From the NCBI RefSeq assembly GCF_964355755.1, contig NC_092674.1, positions 19,406,001-19,470,000 on the forward strand: a DNA stretch of 64,000 nt, written 5' to 3'. Positions 26,230 through 39,188 of the stretch are shown piece by piece. How positions within the stretch are numbered: the stretch's first letter is position 1; each line of letters begins with the position of its first letter. The notes beneath the pieces were generated by a model. That model saw only the letters and a list, made by a program, of their open reading frames with translations, did no database searches and was not told where the DNA came from. Both the position numbers and the translations under genes were made by a program. Origin of the DNA: Antedon mediterranea (Eukaryota; Animalia; Echinodermata).

Positions 26230-27323
26230 GTAGGACACAATTAAACAAAGCAATTCAGTTTAGTTTAGTTGGTTTTAGGACACAATTAAACAGAGCAATT
26301 CAGTTTAGTTTAGTTGGTTGTAGGACACAATTAAACAGAGCAATTCAGTTTAGTTTAGTTGGTTTTAGGACACAATTAAACACAGCAGTTCAGCTCAGTT
26401 CAGTTTAGTTGTTTGTAGAACAAATTGAAACAGAGCAATTCAGTTTAGTTTAGTTGGTTTTAGGACACAATTAAACAGAGCAATTCAGTTTAGTTTAGTT
26501 GGTTTTAGGACACAATTAAACACAGCAGTTCAGCTCAGTTCAGTTTAGTTGTTTGTAGAACAAAATGAAACAGAGCAATTCAGTTTAGTTTAGTTGGTTG
26601 TAGGACACAATTAAACACAGCAATTCAGTTTAGTTTAGTTGGTTTTAGGACACAATTAAACAGAGCAATTCAGTTTAGTTTAGTTGGTTGTAGGACACAA
26701 TTAAACATAGCAATTCAGTTTAGTTTAGTTGGTTTTAGGACACAATTAAACATAGCAATTCAGTGTAGTTTAGTTGGTTGTAGGACACAATTAAATATAG
26801 CAATTCAGTTTAGTTTAGTTGGTTTTAGGACACAATTAAACATAGCAATTCAGTGTAGTTTAGTTGGTTTTAGGACACAATTAAACATAGCAATTCAGTT
26901 TAGTTTAGTTGGTTTTAGGACACAATTAAACAGAGTAATTCAGTTTAGTTTAGTTGGTTGTAAGACACAATTAAACATAGCAATTCAGTTTAGTTTAGTT
27001 GGTTGTAGGACACAATTAAACAGAGCAATTCAGTTTAGTTTAGTTGGTTGTAGGACACAATTAAACAAAGCAATTCAGTTTAGTTTAGTTGGTTTTAGGA
27101 CACAATTAAACAGAGCAATTCAGTTTAGTTTAGTTGGTTGTAGGACACAATTAAACAGAGCAATTCAGTTTAGTTTAGTTGGTTTTAGGACACAATTAAA
27201 CACAGCAGTTCAGCTCAGTTCAGTTTAGTTGTTTGTAGAACAAAATGAAACAGAGCAATTCAGTTTAGTTTAGTTGGTTTTAGGACACAATTAAACAGAG
27301 CAATTCAGTTTAGTTTAGTTGGT
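26230..27323. repeat. 45-bp tandem sub-array, second copy
   Basis: Same unit as 6090-7320. Confidence 0.93.
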
Positions 27324-27359
27324 CAGTGCCGTGTAACTTAGGCTACATACCTCTTCTAC

Positions 27360-27392
27360 CATATACCATGGATTAATAATCCATGCATATAC
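27360..27392. other. 19-bp palindrome flanked by a 7-bp direct repeat (putative P-type transposon footprint)
   Basis: CATATAC-CATGGATTA-A-TAATCCATG-CATATAC. Confidence 0.6.
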
Positions 27393-27397
27393 TAAGT

Positions 27398-27769
27398 AAG
27401 TTTCTGAGATAAAATAAAAAAAATATTTTTATAGCTTGATATTTTTCTTGGGGTTATTGATTTTAAGATTTAAAAATTTTGATTTTGTCCCTCCATAAAA
27501 TATGAATTTTGTGTATTAATATCTGCTAGATAGCTTTTATTAAACCAAAAAGATGGACTTTTATCACAAAATTAAAATATTTTTTTGGTGTGTATCATTT
27601 AATAACCTCAACAAAAATATCAAGCTATCGAAATATTTTTCTCAATTTTTTCAGAAACTACATAGGTTTTTATAATCAGCATTATTTCAAATATCCATAA
27701 AACACAATGTTTACACTTTCCCCATGATCTGCACACGAAGGAACATTTTTTACATAGGGATCTGGACTA
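27398..27769. mobile_element. One-ended DNA transposon fragment, same family as 39540-40030, with an internal inverted repeat
   Basis: Ends in ...TTTCCCCATGATCTGCACACG...CATAGGGATCTGGACTA, matching the TIR at 39540. Inverted arms at ~27398-27460 and ~27598-27659. Confidence 0.7.
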
Positions 27770-27837
27770 TGTATAATAATATTGTTTTAGATATCGAAGT
27801 TAAACAATTTTTTTGTAGCCAATCGTATAAAGGTAAC

Positions 27838-28321
27838 TGTCATATTATTGATGTTGTGATTCTCTGTGATTAGAGAAGGATGCTTTAGTCCACGTCCGCC
27901 TTATTATTAGCCAATCAAAATCGTGTAAATTTCAGAGGGAAAATGTTATCCTCCTCTGAAGCCTAAAATTTGCATATCCTGTATAAATGTAGAATGTAAT
28001 AGTTATTAAAGGAGAAGAGAGAATAAGGTCAGAGTAGATAAATGAGAAGAGAGAATAAGGTCAGAGTAGATAAACGGAAAGATGATAAAGAATATAATAA
28101 GGCTTGACTGGTAGTGGTAGAAAGATGTATTAATCGAATTACAAGGAATAAAAGTTCTAGTTGAGTTAATTATACTTTTTGTATGAGTTATTATTCAGTG
28201 ACAGCTGTGTACGTCGCGTGGAAATATATACGCCCGAGAAAGCTCGGAACGACAGCTGTGTACGTCGAGTGGATATACGCCTGAGAAAGCTCGGAACCAA
28301 CTAAAAGATAAATTCACTACA
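27838..28321 (+). repeat. 5' LTR of element 2
   Basis: Direct repeat of 36294-36777. Contains internal ~30-bp and ~50-bp duplications. Confidence 0.96.
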
Positions 28322-28335
28322 TGGTGGCAGCGGTG
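28322..28335 (+). promoter_or_regulatory. Primer-binding site, tRNA-Leu
   Basis: TGGTGGCAGCGGTG directly after the LTR, complementary to the tRNA-Leu 3' end CACCGCTGCCACCA. Confidence 0.85.
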
Positions 28336-28751
28336 AAAATTTTTGTTTACATGATTTAAGTATCAAGAAGAAGAAGAAGAAGAAGTGACAGTGCCTACTC
28401 TACGGGCCTGTTAAATCAGTAACCAAAAAGTTAAATGGTTACGAAGATCTGGATTCCTGACAGTTTGTATACCGTGCGTTGTTTGGATATTACAACGAAG
28501 AAGAAGTACTGTTGAGCTCAAGGTACCTACTCAAGGCTGCTGGATATTCATCGGCGAGATATGTTCACCGAGATTTGAAAGAAGAAGACTGAAGTAACAG
28601 AAGGAAGCCCAGAAAATTGTGAGAAGATTTGCAAAGCTGACTTTGTAAACTATTTTTATTTCGAAAGTAATTTTTTGTACGGAGCGAACTTGGAACGTTG
28701 TTTGTGACTTTGAAGTAAATTAATGTCTTATATTGTATTGCATTTCAAAAT

Positions 28752-29542
28752 CGCCGTGGCTAAAGATACGGTACCGTATTCTAACTTCTGTTTACTAAAG
28801 GTACGGTAAAATTGCATTACGTCATAATCAGCCAATGGGGTGCTGGTACGTGTGTGACGTCATCGTATAAGGACTTGGGGATTTTTTGTTCATATCGCGT
28901 CTGTTGTAGAGAATTCCTATCGGCGGCGCCAGGCTGCGTGGATGTGTGTGCCCTGCAGATGAGGGTTTTATTTTGATTCCAAATGGCCTATTTAGGCCTC
29001 TATTTTTTAAAAACTTTGTTTACAATGGTGACCATAAACAACAAGCAAATTCGGACAATAAAGGGGCCCTTAAATACTATGATTTAGACAGCAGTGTAGC
29101 CCCAGGGCTGACGAGTCACAGAAATCAGCGCACACATATGCAGCTAGCTGGCCATGCAGCCTGGCATCCGCTTTCCCTACACAAACAAACTCATATAATG
29201 AGGTTATACCATAGTACGTAGTAAGTAGGCCTGGGCCTCTTTTAAAACGGTTTTCTGTATTTTAGAATTAAAATCAACATGGCTTTTCAATAATAATAAC
29301 AGACGTAGGCTACATTTAGTTTTTGTCACACACGACGGCGATAATAGCGATAAATAAAGCATAAAGAAAATGCGGTTGATCACTACACTGTTTTCGCGAT
29401 ATGAAAAAAAATCCACAAAGTCCTTATACGATGACGTCACACAAGTACCAGCACCCCATTGGCTGGTTATGACGTAATGCAATTTTACCGTATCTTTAGT
29501 AAACAGAAGTTAGAATACGGTACCGTATCTTTAGCCACAGCG
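28752..29542. mobile_element. Non-autonomous Mutator-like (MULE) MITE in the 5' leader of element 2
   Basis: 148-bp TIRs at 28752-28899 and 29395-29542. 9-bp TSD TTTCAAAAT at 28743-28751 and 29543-29551. No transposase. Confidence 0.88.
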
Positions 29543-29665
29543 TTTCAAAATTTATGTGGATTTCATATTTTTACATATCTGAATGAAATCAAGGTAATAC
29601 AAATACTTTTATAACATATTTTGTATACATAAGTTTACATATTTCATTAGTAAATTGTTATTAGC

Positions 29666-32600
29666 ATGACAACTTTAAGATCGGGTAAAAATATAGATAA
29701 GACTATGTCAGACAAAGATACTAGGGAAGATATGGTTGACCAAGCCAATGAAATGTATGATAACATGGCTAGGGATATTGATTTGCCCGAAATACCCGGC
29801 GGTATGCCTAAAGATATGATGCTCGAATATTTTCGAATGAAGTTCGAGGCCGAAAACAATAAGTTAAGATTAGAAGCAGAAATAGAGCAAAAGAAAATAG
29901 ATATAGAACAAAGAAAAATTGAATCACAAGAAAGAGTGAAAATGATGGAGTTAGAAAATAGGTCTAGCTACAGTAATGCTAGGAATATAGTAGATGAAAT
30001 GAAGGTAAAGGTTCCTACTTTGAAGGAATCAGATGATATTGATATATATTTTCGAACATTTGAACACTTGGCAGAAGCCACAGGTTGGGATAAGAATACG
30101 TGGTCCGCTAGGTTAGCACCTGAACTGTCTGGTAAAGCTAGGACAGCATATGCATCCTTGGATTAGGCCAACTTCGGCCACAGACAATTTCGGCCACAGA
30201 CAATATTACTACCATATCTATGGAACGCCCATAGTGCCATTGATAGGGGAACAATGAGACACGACAATGTAATACAGGATTATCGATTTCATTGCGTTTT
30301 ACTTTTGTTTTTACACAGGAAAACACGGACACAGACAAACTTGGCAATTAATTAATTAATTAATTAATTAATTAATTAATTAATAATGAAAATAAAATAC
30401 TAACACGTATTTTGTAGCTAGGTGGCATGATGAGATAAGAAACGAAGAATTACGTAGATACCGATATTTCAGAGTACAAAAAATACAATACGGTTGAAAT
30501 TAAAATGTATAGTTTTTACAAATAAAAGAAATGAATTGAATGAGGCCTAAGTGATACTAATTGTATGTACATTTTTCTATAAATATAAAACGAATTGAAG
30601 TACGTAGGGATATATACTAATTTTATTGTGTACAATAAATATAACTTTGAAGGAATAAGAAACGGAAGAACAAAGTGGTTAAGAATACGATTTATTTTAT
30701 CGGAAGAAACAATTGAAGAAAGTATATAATTATTAAGAATTAATTTGTTGTAAGATGTAAATGAAACACTGGTAAATAAATGTTAATAGAAATGCCTGCG
30801 TTGTTTTTGCGTGTAAAATTTTACCTAATAAAATGAACTTGAAATATTAGTAAAACACCACTACCCAAGAGGAATTATGCGAAGGCATTGAAGAATTTTT
30901 GACTGTGTGCGTCATGAGAAGGTACGTGGAAAACCCCGTCATATGGGTGGTTGATTTGTCCGTAGTCATTGCATTTTGCCGGGGATTCCCCATCATTTCC
31001 GTAGTAGCCTATTTATCTTCATTTCCCTACGTCCGAAATATTGGGCCGAATTTCCGTAGTAATTACTGATGTTCCGAACTTTGAAATAACAATGTTTGGT
31101 TGCTTCTTTCTGCAAATTTCTTTCATATTTTCTTTTCTGGAGTGTGGTTTAAGCAACACTTGTACAGTTTAGTGGATAAATGAAAATGAATTTTTTAAGT
31201 TGTTGTTTTACTGACTTACTTGCATTTATTGAAAAATAATACAATTCAACGTTTTGCTCAATATATTTATAGCAGCAATTATTAATTGATAATAGGCCTA
31301 GTAATTAGTTTAGGGACTTCCTCTGACGTTCGCATTGAACGCAACAAATGTTATCCTTAGTCGCATTTTTATCCGAATTATTACTCATTTTGTTTGTACT
31401 GTATTTTGACATGTTAAAATATGTTAAATGCATATCGCCGCAAATTACTCGATTATTATTTTTATGTTGGGTCTGATATGTTCGTTTTATTTATGCACCT
31501 GTGTTCTTAAGACATGACCTGAGCTCCATAATAAAACATTTAATTACTCCTGTGTTGTATTAAAAACCAATCAAATGAAGACGACAAAGTTTTATTAAAT
31601 TTATTTTTTTTTATCACTAATTTTCTTCTTGATTCTGCTTGTATTGATGTGTGAGTTCCTGATATTCCTCTTTGTTCCTTAGGTCACCTAAGCAATGGAA
31701 GGAAAAACGTTTTAATTAAATTTCTTTTTTTTTCTTAGCATTTCTATTTCTTTTTTCATAGCCAAACTATTAATACGTCTGTACTAAGAGAGTATTTAAC
31801 TGTGTCACTGACAGTTGAATTTGTTTTTCGCCAAGACTTCATGATATAACTAAACTGGAATGGAAACAACAAATCTAATAATAAATGCAAATTGTAGTGG
31901 AATAACGTTAAGAATGATAACACTGTAATGGTAGTAATCGTCATAAAAAATACTATCCAACAAAGCATGAGATGCGATAACTAATAGCAAAAACAATAGC
32001 ACGGTCTAATATATGCGTGAATGGCGCGCCATAGAAATCTGTTGTGGCCGAAACTGTCTGTGGCCGAAACGGTCATATGCCGCATCCTTAACCGTAAAAG
32101 AATGTGTAGATTATGATACCTTAAAGAAGGCAATCTTAGAAAAGTATGATGTGTCCGCTGAGACCTACAGATTTAAATTTAGAAATTCAAACAGAGTTAA
32201 AGATATGTCCATCAGGGAATGGCTGAATGAGCTCTCCCATTATTTAAAATGTTGGATGAAATGTGCTAATGTAAAAGAAGATGATGCTGCAGGCATTATT
32301 GAAATGATTATAATGGAACAGGCACTTGATAAAATGCCTGAAGATCTGAGGCTTTATCTTAGAGATAAACAAGTAAATAAGAGCAATGATATGGCTATGA
32401 TAGCCGATGATTATATAGCTAATAGAGGTGGCCGTGGCTATTGGAATGCCGTAAATTCTGAAAATAAGCCTACGTATTATAAGGGCCAAGAAAATAGTAA
32501 ACCTAAGAATAGTACGACTCAGAATAACCCTGGAGCTAGGCAGCAAGGATACAATAGGTATCGCGGAAGGGGAGGCAAATTCCATAACTATGGTAGAAAT

Positions 32601-35600
32601 TTCCAACAGAGAGAACCTTCAAATGAATGGATTAATGGCCTATGCTTTAATTGTAAGGAGAAGGGACATAAAATAGGGGATTGTCCTAAGATGGTAGCAA
32701 AAGGAAAGACTAGTGACACTAAGAAGGGCCCGAATGTGAAAGATGGCTTAAGATGTGAAGGAATAAAATCAGATAGACCCCAAGTAGTTATGGATAGTGT
32801 AGAAAATAAAATGGAGAAGTGTATAATACCAGGAAAATTAGAAGGACAGGATATAACTATGCTTAGAGACTCGGGATGTACCCAGTCAGCTGTTAAGGAA
32901 AGTCTAGTGCCTAACAAATGTTACTTGCCAGGAAAATGGGTTACGTTAAGAGGTATAGGAGGCGATATTACCGTCCCCTTAGCTGAGGTAGCGATAGAAA
33001 GTAAGATAGTGACAGGAAAAGTGATAGTAGCCGTAATCGAAGGATTACAGAGGGACATGTTATTGGGTCATGATTTGGACCAGAATTGTGGGGAAACAAT
33101 GGCTAAAGAAATGTTCGTCCTAACTAGGGAGCAAGCCAGAATAGAAAATGATGTTAGAATACAAGACGAAATGATATTGTTAGGGAAAGATAGTAACTTT
33201 AAGCCGATAGAAGAGCCGCCTAAAGAAACTAATGTACAATTGTTGAAAACAGTAGTAAATGACAACAAAGTAAATAAAACTAAGTGTTTAGATGATATGA
33301 ATGGAACAGAAATGAATAATTTGTTTGACGAAAATGAGGATAAAGCTAAAGATAAAACAGTCAAACATAAAACTTATGAACAACAGCACAAGCTGAACCT
33401 AACTAAACAAGAACTGATCAAATTGCAAACTAAGGATGACTCACTCAAAGGAGTGTTTGACAGGGTAGTCCCTATAGAAGAAATAGGTCAGCATAGGGTA
33501 TGTTTCTTTATGAGACAAGGTATATTGATGAGAAATTGGAGGAGTATTAAAGATAAGAATAACCAAGTGGAACAGATTGTATTACCTACTCAGTGTAGAC
33601 AGGGTGTATTACACTTAGGTCATAATGTGCCATTTGCAGGTCACATGGGTGTTGAGAAAACTAAAAGTAGGGTCCTGAACCAATTCTATTGGCCAGGTAT
33701 ATTTAAAGATGTGGTAGTCTATTGTAAAGTCTGTAAGGAATGCCAAAAGGTAGATAAGGGTAAAAGTAAAAGGAAACATACTTTGATACCATTACCGATT
33801 ATAAGTACACCATTTAAACGTATAGCGATAGACATTGTTGGACCCTTATTTAGAACAAGCCGTAATAACAAATATATGCTTACTATAATTGACTATGCTA
33901 CGAGATATCCGGATGCTATACCGTTACCCAATGTTAGAGCTGAAACAGTAGCCAGGGCTCTAATAGAAGTCTTTACTAGAGTAGGATTACCCGAAGAGAT
34001 TGTACATGATCAAGGAACTAATTTCATGTCTTCAATTATGCAATCTATATGTAGTATGTTGGGGATTAATCAATTAAAGACTACAGTGTACCACCCCCAA
34101 AGCAATGGGCTTGTTGAAAGATTTCACGGTACATTGAAAAATATGATAAGGACACTTACAGTTAAGCAAAGAAAAAATTGGGATAACTACATACCCCCCT
34201 TTCTGTTTGCATACAGAGAAGTTCCTAGTAAAGCGACGGGCCATTCACCTTTTAAATTGCTTTATGGTAGAGAGGTGAGGGGACCCTTGAGTTTACTCAA
34301 AAGTAATTGGGTAGAAGATGAAGAAACATCTACTGATGTTATCAAATACATGTTAGACATAAGAGAAAAAATGGAGGAATTAATGAAAGATGCTAATGTA
34401 AACAAACTTGAACAACAAGAAATTATGTCCCACAATTATAACAAGAATGCTATTGATAGAGAATTTGTAGAAGGGGACAAAGTGTTGATATTCTTTCCAG
34501 TAGGAAATAGTAAGTTAGACAGTAAATGGCAAGGCCCCTTCACTGTTACTAAAAAGGTCAATGATGTAAATTATGAAATATACATAGGAGGTAGAAGAAA
34601 AGAAAAACAAATTCTACATGTTAATATGTTAAAGAGATGGTATGATAAAGTAGAAATAAGTAAAGATGGTTATTATGTAGTGACAAATGTTCAGTCGATA
34701 GAAGAAGTAGACTTAAATGAAACAGTCCATGACAATGAGTTAGATAGTGAAATAGACATAGGATTGTCTTATCATCAATCACAAACATGGAGAGATGTTA
34801 ACGTTAGTAGTAATTTAAATGATACACAAACTAAACAATTAACAGAATTGTTAAAGTACCAACAGAATGTATTCTCGGATGTACCAGGTAGAACTCACTT
34901 AGTGACACATGAAATTAAGACTAATGGTGAAATGCCTATAAGGCATAGGGCATATAGAACGCCCCAAGCATTAAAGGGTAAATTGAAAGAGGAATTAGAT
35001 AGTATGTTGGCTATGGGTATAATAGAACCTACTGTTAGTGCCTATGCTGCACCTATTATTGCCCTGAAGAAAGGCCAGAATCAAATTAGAATGGTGACAG
35101 ATTTTAGATCACTAAATAAGACTACACAATTTGACCCTTATGTTATGCCTCGCATAGACGAAATGTTGGATGAGGTATCATCCGCAATATACATAACTAC
35201 GTTAGATCTAACTAAAGGATTTTACCAGGTGCCTCTGGATCCTAAGACCAAAGACAAATCAGCATTTATTACACAATTTGGACAGTATTGTTACAATGTA
35301 CTTCCATTTGGTATGCAAAATAGCTCTAGTACTTTCCAAAGATTAATGGATAAGGTATTACAAGGTACTGAAGGATATGCTAAGGCATATATAGATGACA
35401 TATGTATTTATAGTCAAACTTGGAAAGATCATATTTTTCATTTGAATGATGTATTAGAAAGATTAAGTAGTGCTGGATTGACAGCAAAGCCTTTGAAATG
35501 TAAAATTGCCTATGCACAGGTAGAATTTCTGGGGCATAAGATTGGTAATGGAGAAATTAGACCCATGATTGATAAGGTTGAGGCTGTGGAAAAGTTCCCC

Positions 35601-36191
35601 AGACCTTTGTCTAAGAAACAAGTCCGATCATTTCTCGGATTAACGGGCTATTACAGAAAATTTGTACAGAACTATGCCGATATTGCTAAGCCATTGATTG
35701 ATTTAACTTTAAAGAGTAAAAGTAATACCGTTAAGTGGAATGAACAATGTGAAAATGCCTTTGTAACTTTAAAGAAACGACTTACTGATGATAATGTATT
35801 AAAAGCCCCAAATTTTGATAAGATATTTATATTGCAAATCGATGCCTCAAATTATGGCATAGGTGCAGTGCTGAGCCAAATAGATGGTGAGGGTAATGAT
35901 TATCCCATTGTGTACTTAAGTAGAAAGTTATCTGTACATGAGCAGAGATATTCTGTGCCAGAAAAAGAGTGCCTCTCTATTGTTTGGGCTATCAATAAAC
36001 TTAAGTATTATCTGTATGGTTGTGAATTTCAAGTTCATACTGACCACCAGGCATTGAGATGGATGGACTCAATGAAGGGTGCCAATGTTAGACTTATGAG
36101 ATGGGCTCTGTTTTTACAAGGATATAAATTTAAAGTTATTTACAAGAAAGGATCATTAAATGGAAATGCAGATGGATTAAGTCGTGCATAA
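29666..36191 (+). pseudogene. Gag-Pol of element 2 (Gag-PR-IN-RT-RH), split by the insertion at 30160-32081
   Basis: Removing the insert and one TSD fuses ...KARTAYASL|TVKECVDY... into one 1531-aa frame. Motifs: CFNCKEKGHKIGDC, LRDSGC, IDIVGP/HDQG/VERFHGTLK, YIDD, IDASNYGIGAVL. Confidence 0.93.
30160..32081. mobile_element. 1.9-kb non-autonomous DNA transposon (GG...CC ends, 8-bp TSD; Merlin- or MULE-like)
   Basis: TSD GCATCCTT at 30152-30159 and 32082-32089. Imperfect TIRs built of TTCGGCCACA repeats. (TAAT)n at ~30346-30385. Confidence 0.88.
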
Positions 36192-36293
36192 ATAATATTA
36201 TAGAGGTGTTATTAGTAGATAGTTTAAAGTAAAATGGTTTTAAATGTTAAATTTTTGGAAAGATTGACACAATCTTTTTCCCAAAAAGGGGAA

Positions 36294-36777
36294 TGTCATA
36301 TTATTGATGTTGTGATTCTCTGTGATTAGAGAAGGATGCTTTAGTCCACGTCCGCCTTATTATTAGCCAATCAAAATCGTGTAAATTTCGGAGGGAAAAT
36401 GTTATCCTCCTCTGAAGCCTAAAATTTGCATATCCTGTATAAAAGTAGAATGTAATAGTTATTAAAGGAGAAGAGAGAATAAGGTCAGAGTAGATAAATG
36501 AGAAGAGAGAATAAGGTCAGAGTAGATAAACGGAAAGATGATAAAGAATATAATAAGGCTTGACTGGTAGTGGTAGAAAGATGTATTAATCGAATTACAA
36601 GGAATAAAAGTTCTAGTTGAGTTAATTATACTTTTTGTATGAGTTATTATTCAGTGACAGCTGTGTACGTCGCGTGGAAATATATACGCCCGAGAAAGCT
36701 CGGAACGACAGCTGTGTACGTCGAGTGGATATACGCCTGAGAAAGCTCGGAACCAACTAAAAGATAAATTCACTACA
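36294..36777 (+). repeat. 3' LTR of element 2
   Basis: TGTCATA...CACTACA, preceded by the PPT. Confidence 0.96.
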
Positions 36778-36959
36778 GTAACTCAACACTGATTGATAAC
36801 TCATCTGGGTGGGAATTCTCATTTCTTACAGACCAATCTACCAACTAACTCTTTCAAGTACACTGTATAACAAAAGAAAATAATAAACATATATTTATAT
36901 GCAGTTAAATAAAGAGTAAATGATTTAGATTATTTGGAGTTTATTAAACTAACCTCTGT

Positions 36960-37590
36960 AAATAGCACAACAATGTAAAATCTGAAAAACATCTTCAACA
37001 TTTAAAACCAAACTCTTGATTAAGAATTTTAGCAAACTCCCACGAGATTACAACATTATTATTTATATTAAAGATGTATTCTTACAAATTCTTTTGTTGA
37101 ATATGCCATTTTAATGGCCATTGCATATCCAACGGCTTATTTGTTTGTTGTCTATTTGAACACAGTCATATAGCCTGCGATTTGCTGTTACATTTTAATC
37201 CTGATACGGCTGTAAAATGTTCTAGTAACATAATTAATTTTCTTGCTGAATGTTCATCTTGCAAGATACACGTGGAGTCATCTGCATTTTGAGTTATGTT
37301 AATTTCTCTTTCATTTACAGTATTTCTTTTATATTGTTATCGTCCCTAATGTAGCATGCCAATAATTCTATAGATAAAATAAAATAATTAATTAATAAGG
37401 ACTGAGTGGATCCCCCTGCCTCACTCCTCTTTTAACTGAAAAGTACGCAGAGGAATGCCAATCATTCATTATGCAACTACTTATATCGTTATATAATGAT
37501 TTGATTAAATTTGTAAATTTTTTCCGAAGTTAAAAACCTGTACCAGAAAATTCCATTCTAAAGAATCGAAAGCTTTTCGAAATCTAGGAA
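36960..37590 (-). pseudogene. Decayed L1/Tx1-type LINE reverse transcriptase fragment
   Basis: Minus-strand motifs LDF..KAFDS (~37560-37588), FQLKRGVRQGDPLS (~37404-37445) and ADDST (~37272-37286). Frameshifted; boundaries approximate. Confidence 0.75.
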
Positions 37591-37699
37591 CCTGGAATAT
37601 TTGTTATCTTTAAATCTTTAACGAACCCATGTTTGATCAACGTGAATAAGAGATGGAGTTTGACCTGAGGGTTGTGGTTTAGGCTTGTCCGAAGGGGCA

Positions 37700-38570
37700 C
37701 CTTCACAATCTCGTAGTTTCTTATCATTAAATTGGTCTCACCAGCTTGCTCTCTTCTCTCTTTCTCAACTTTCAGCGTAATAAACGTAAACCGATCACAT
37801 TCTAACTTGCTTTGGTCTCTACTAACCCTTTAATTTTCTTATGCCATGTATAAGCTCCTTGTCTCTTATATCATAGAAAACTAATTTAATAGGACGACTT
37901 TTATTAGGTTCTCGTTTGCCTAAACGAAAGAAAGTTCTGATTTTATTATCAACACTTACCAACTTCTTTTCTTGCATTATATTATTTATGTTCATTATCA
38001 GTTGTATATTTACAGTATTATGCTACTCTGTATTTTGCTTTATTATTTGTGGAAATAAATATTATTATCAAATCAAGCCCATGAAGGAATTGAACTACAT
38101 TCTCCCAATCATCTTTTTTCCTCAAATTAGACTCAGTTTTTTCGGATTCTTTAATCTCATAGGCCTACACTATAATATTTGCTTTACGCTTTTCTCTATC
38201 TTCATGCTCGCTAAACTTCTCCTCCCTGCTTTTCTAATCTTTCTACAGTTTTTAAGTGTATTTCTGTTTGGTTAGATAGAATCTTATCAATTTTCTCGGT
38301 ATTCGCTATTTGCTTTGCTAGCTTAGTTTGTGTTGTTGCAATGCTGTAAAGGTTCTTCATAATGTCTTTTGCCTTAATATTGCATGATCGACAATACCAA
38401 TGTACCGAGTCATTATTACCATGTGTATTAATCAATTGATAGAGGCTATCACTGACATTTTGGCACCCTTTGTGGAACCAAAGATTCCATAGATTGCAGA
38501 GCAGACCCTTCTCAATAACATTCTGACTACAAGAACCACATTCTTCACAAACTTTGCCTCTTCCTTGGGA
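37700..38570 (-). pseudogene. CR1/L2-type LINE ORF1 remnant with a PHD finger
   Basis: CGSCSQNVIEKGLLCNLWNLWFHKGC...VHWYCRSC, then a coiled-coil stretch, then FRLGKREPNKSRPIKLVF. Boundaries approximate. Confidence 0.78.
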
Positions 38571-39188
38571 ACTGATTTTTTATTTTGGGGGTGGGGGGGG
38601 GGGTGCATTTCTATCTATTGATCGAAAAAAATACAAACAAGTCAGACCAAGCAGGAAAGCAATTGAAAATGTCCAACACTACCTAGACTAAATAATAAAA
38701 ATAAGAATAACATATCCTACACTACCTAGGCCGGTAACTGATAGGCCTACACCTATTTCAGACACTCCTCCATCCCGGTTAGAGTAGCTGGTTATGAAAG
38801 CAAGTCAATCAGGCATGAGTTGGCCTACTAGCTTTCAGACAACCAAAATTCTCCTAAATATTTGTCAATCCATATGGATTGGTATAAACAATAACATCGT
38901 AGTAGCGATGCCTTTTACTTTGTTTTAAAATACAATACTGATCTTTGCTGAATAAAAATATACAATCTGAAAATTAGTGGCAAACAGCATCGAGTTATTT
39001 GTTCTGAACGGAATATGAATATTTTTACATTGAAAAGAAAGCCTAACATTGTAATTTAAAAACAGACAAAAATATAAACGCAATCCTAATAGTTGTACAA
39101 TTTCGACTACCAGAAGTTTACAAAGGTGAGACAATTATACCTCACTTTTGTCGGAAAAAAAAGAAAGTAGCCTACTGTACTTTCAATA

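Larger units (their letters stand above)
10461..27323. repeat. Macro-satellite unit, copy 2, interrupted by an LTR element (11558-19275) and a solo LTR (24769-25271)
   Basis: 10461-11557 matches 1-1093. Sequence from 19281 resumes the match to 1094 onward. The array stops abruptly at ~27323. Confidence 0.88.
27838..36777 (+). mobile_element. Gmr1-like Ty3/Gypsy LTR retrotransposon (element 2) with two nested DNA transposons
   Basis: 484-bp TG...CA LTRs with 2 substitutions seen. TSD GTAAC at 27833-27837 and 36778-36782. PPT AAAAAGGGGAA at 36283-36293. Confidence 0.97.

Noticed and set aside
1400-27323. CRISPR-like appearance of the short hairpin-forming repeats
   Set aside because: The units are head-to-tail with no unique spacers, there are no cas genes, and the context is eukaryotic.
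32013-32081. N-terminus MREWRAIEICCGRNCLWPKRSY of the 1392-aa ORF as native Gag
   Set aside because: It derives from the inserted transposon's right TIR; the native start is 29666.
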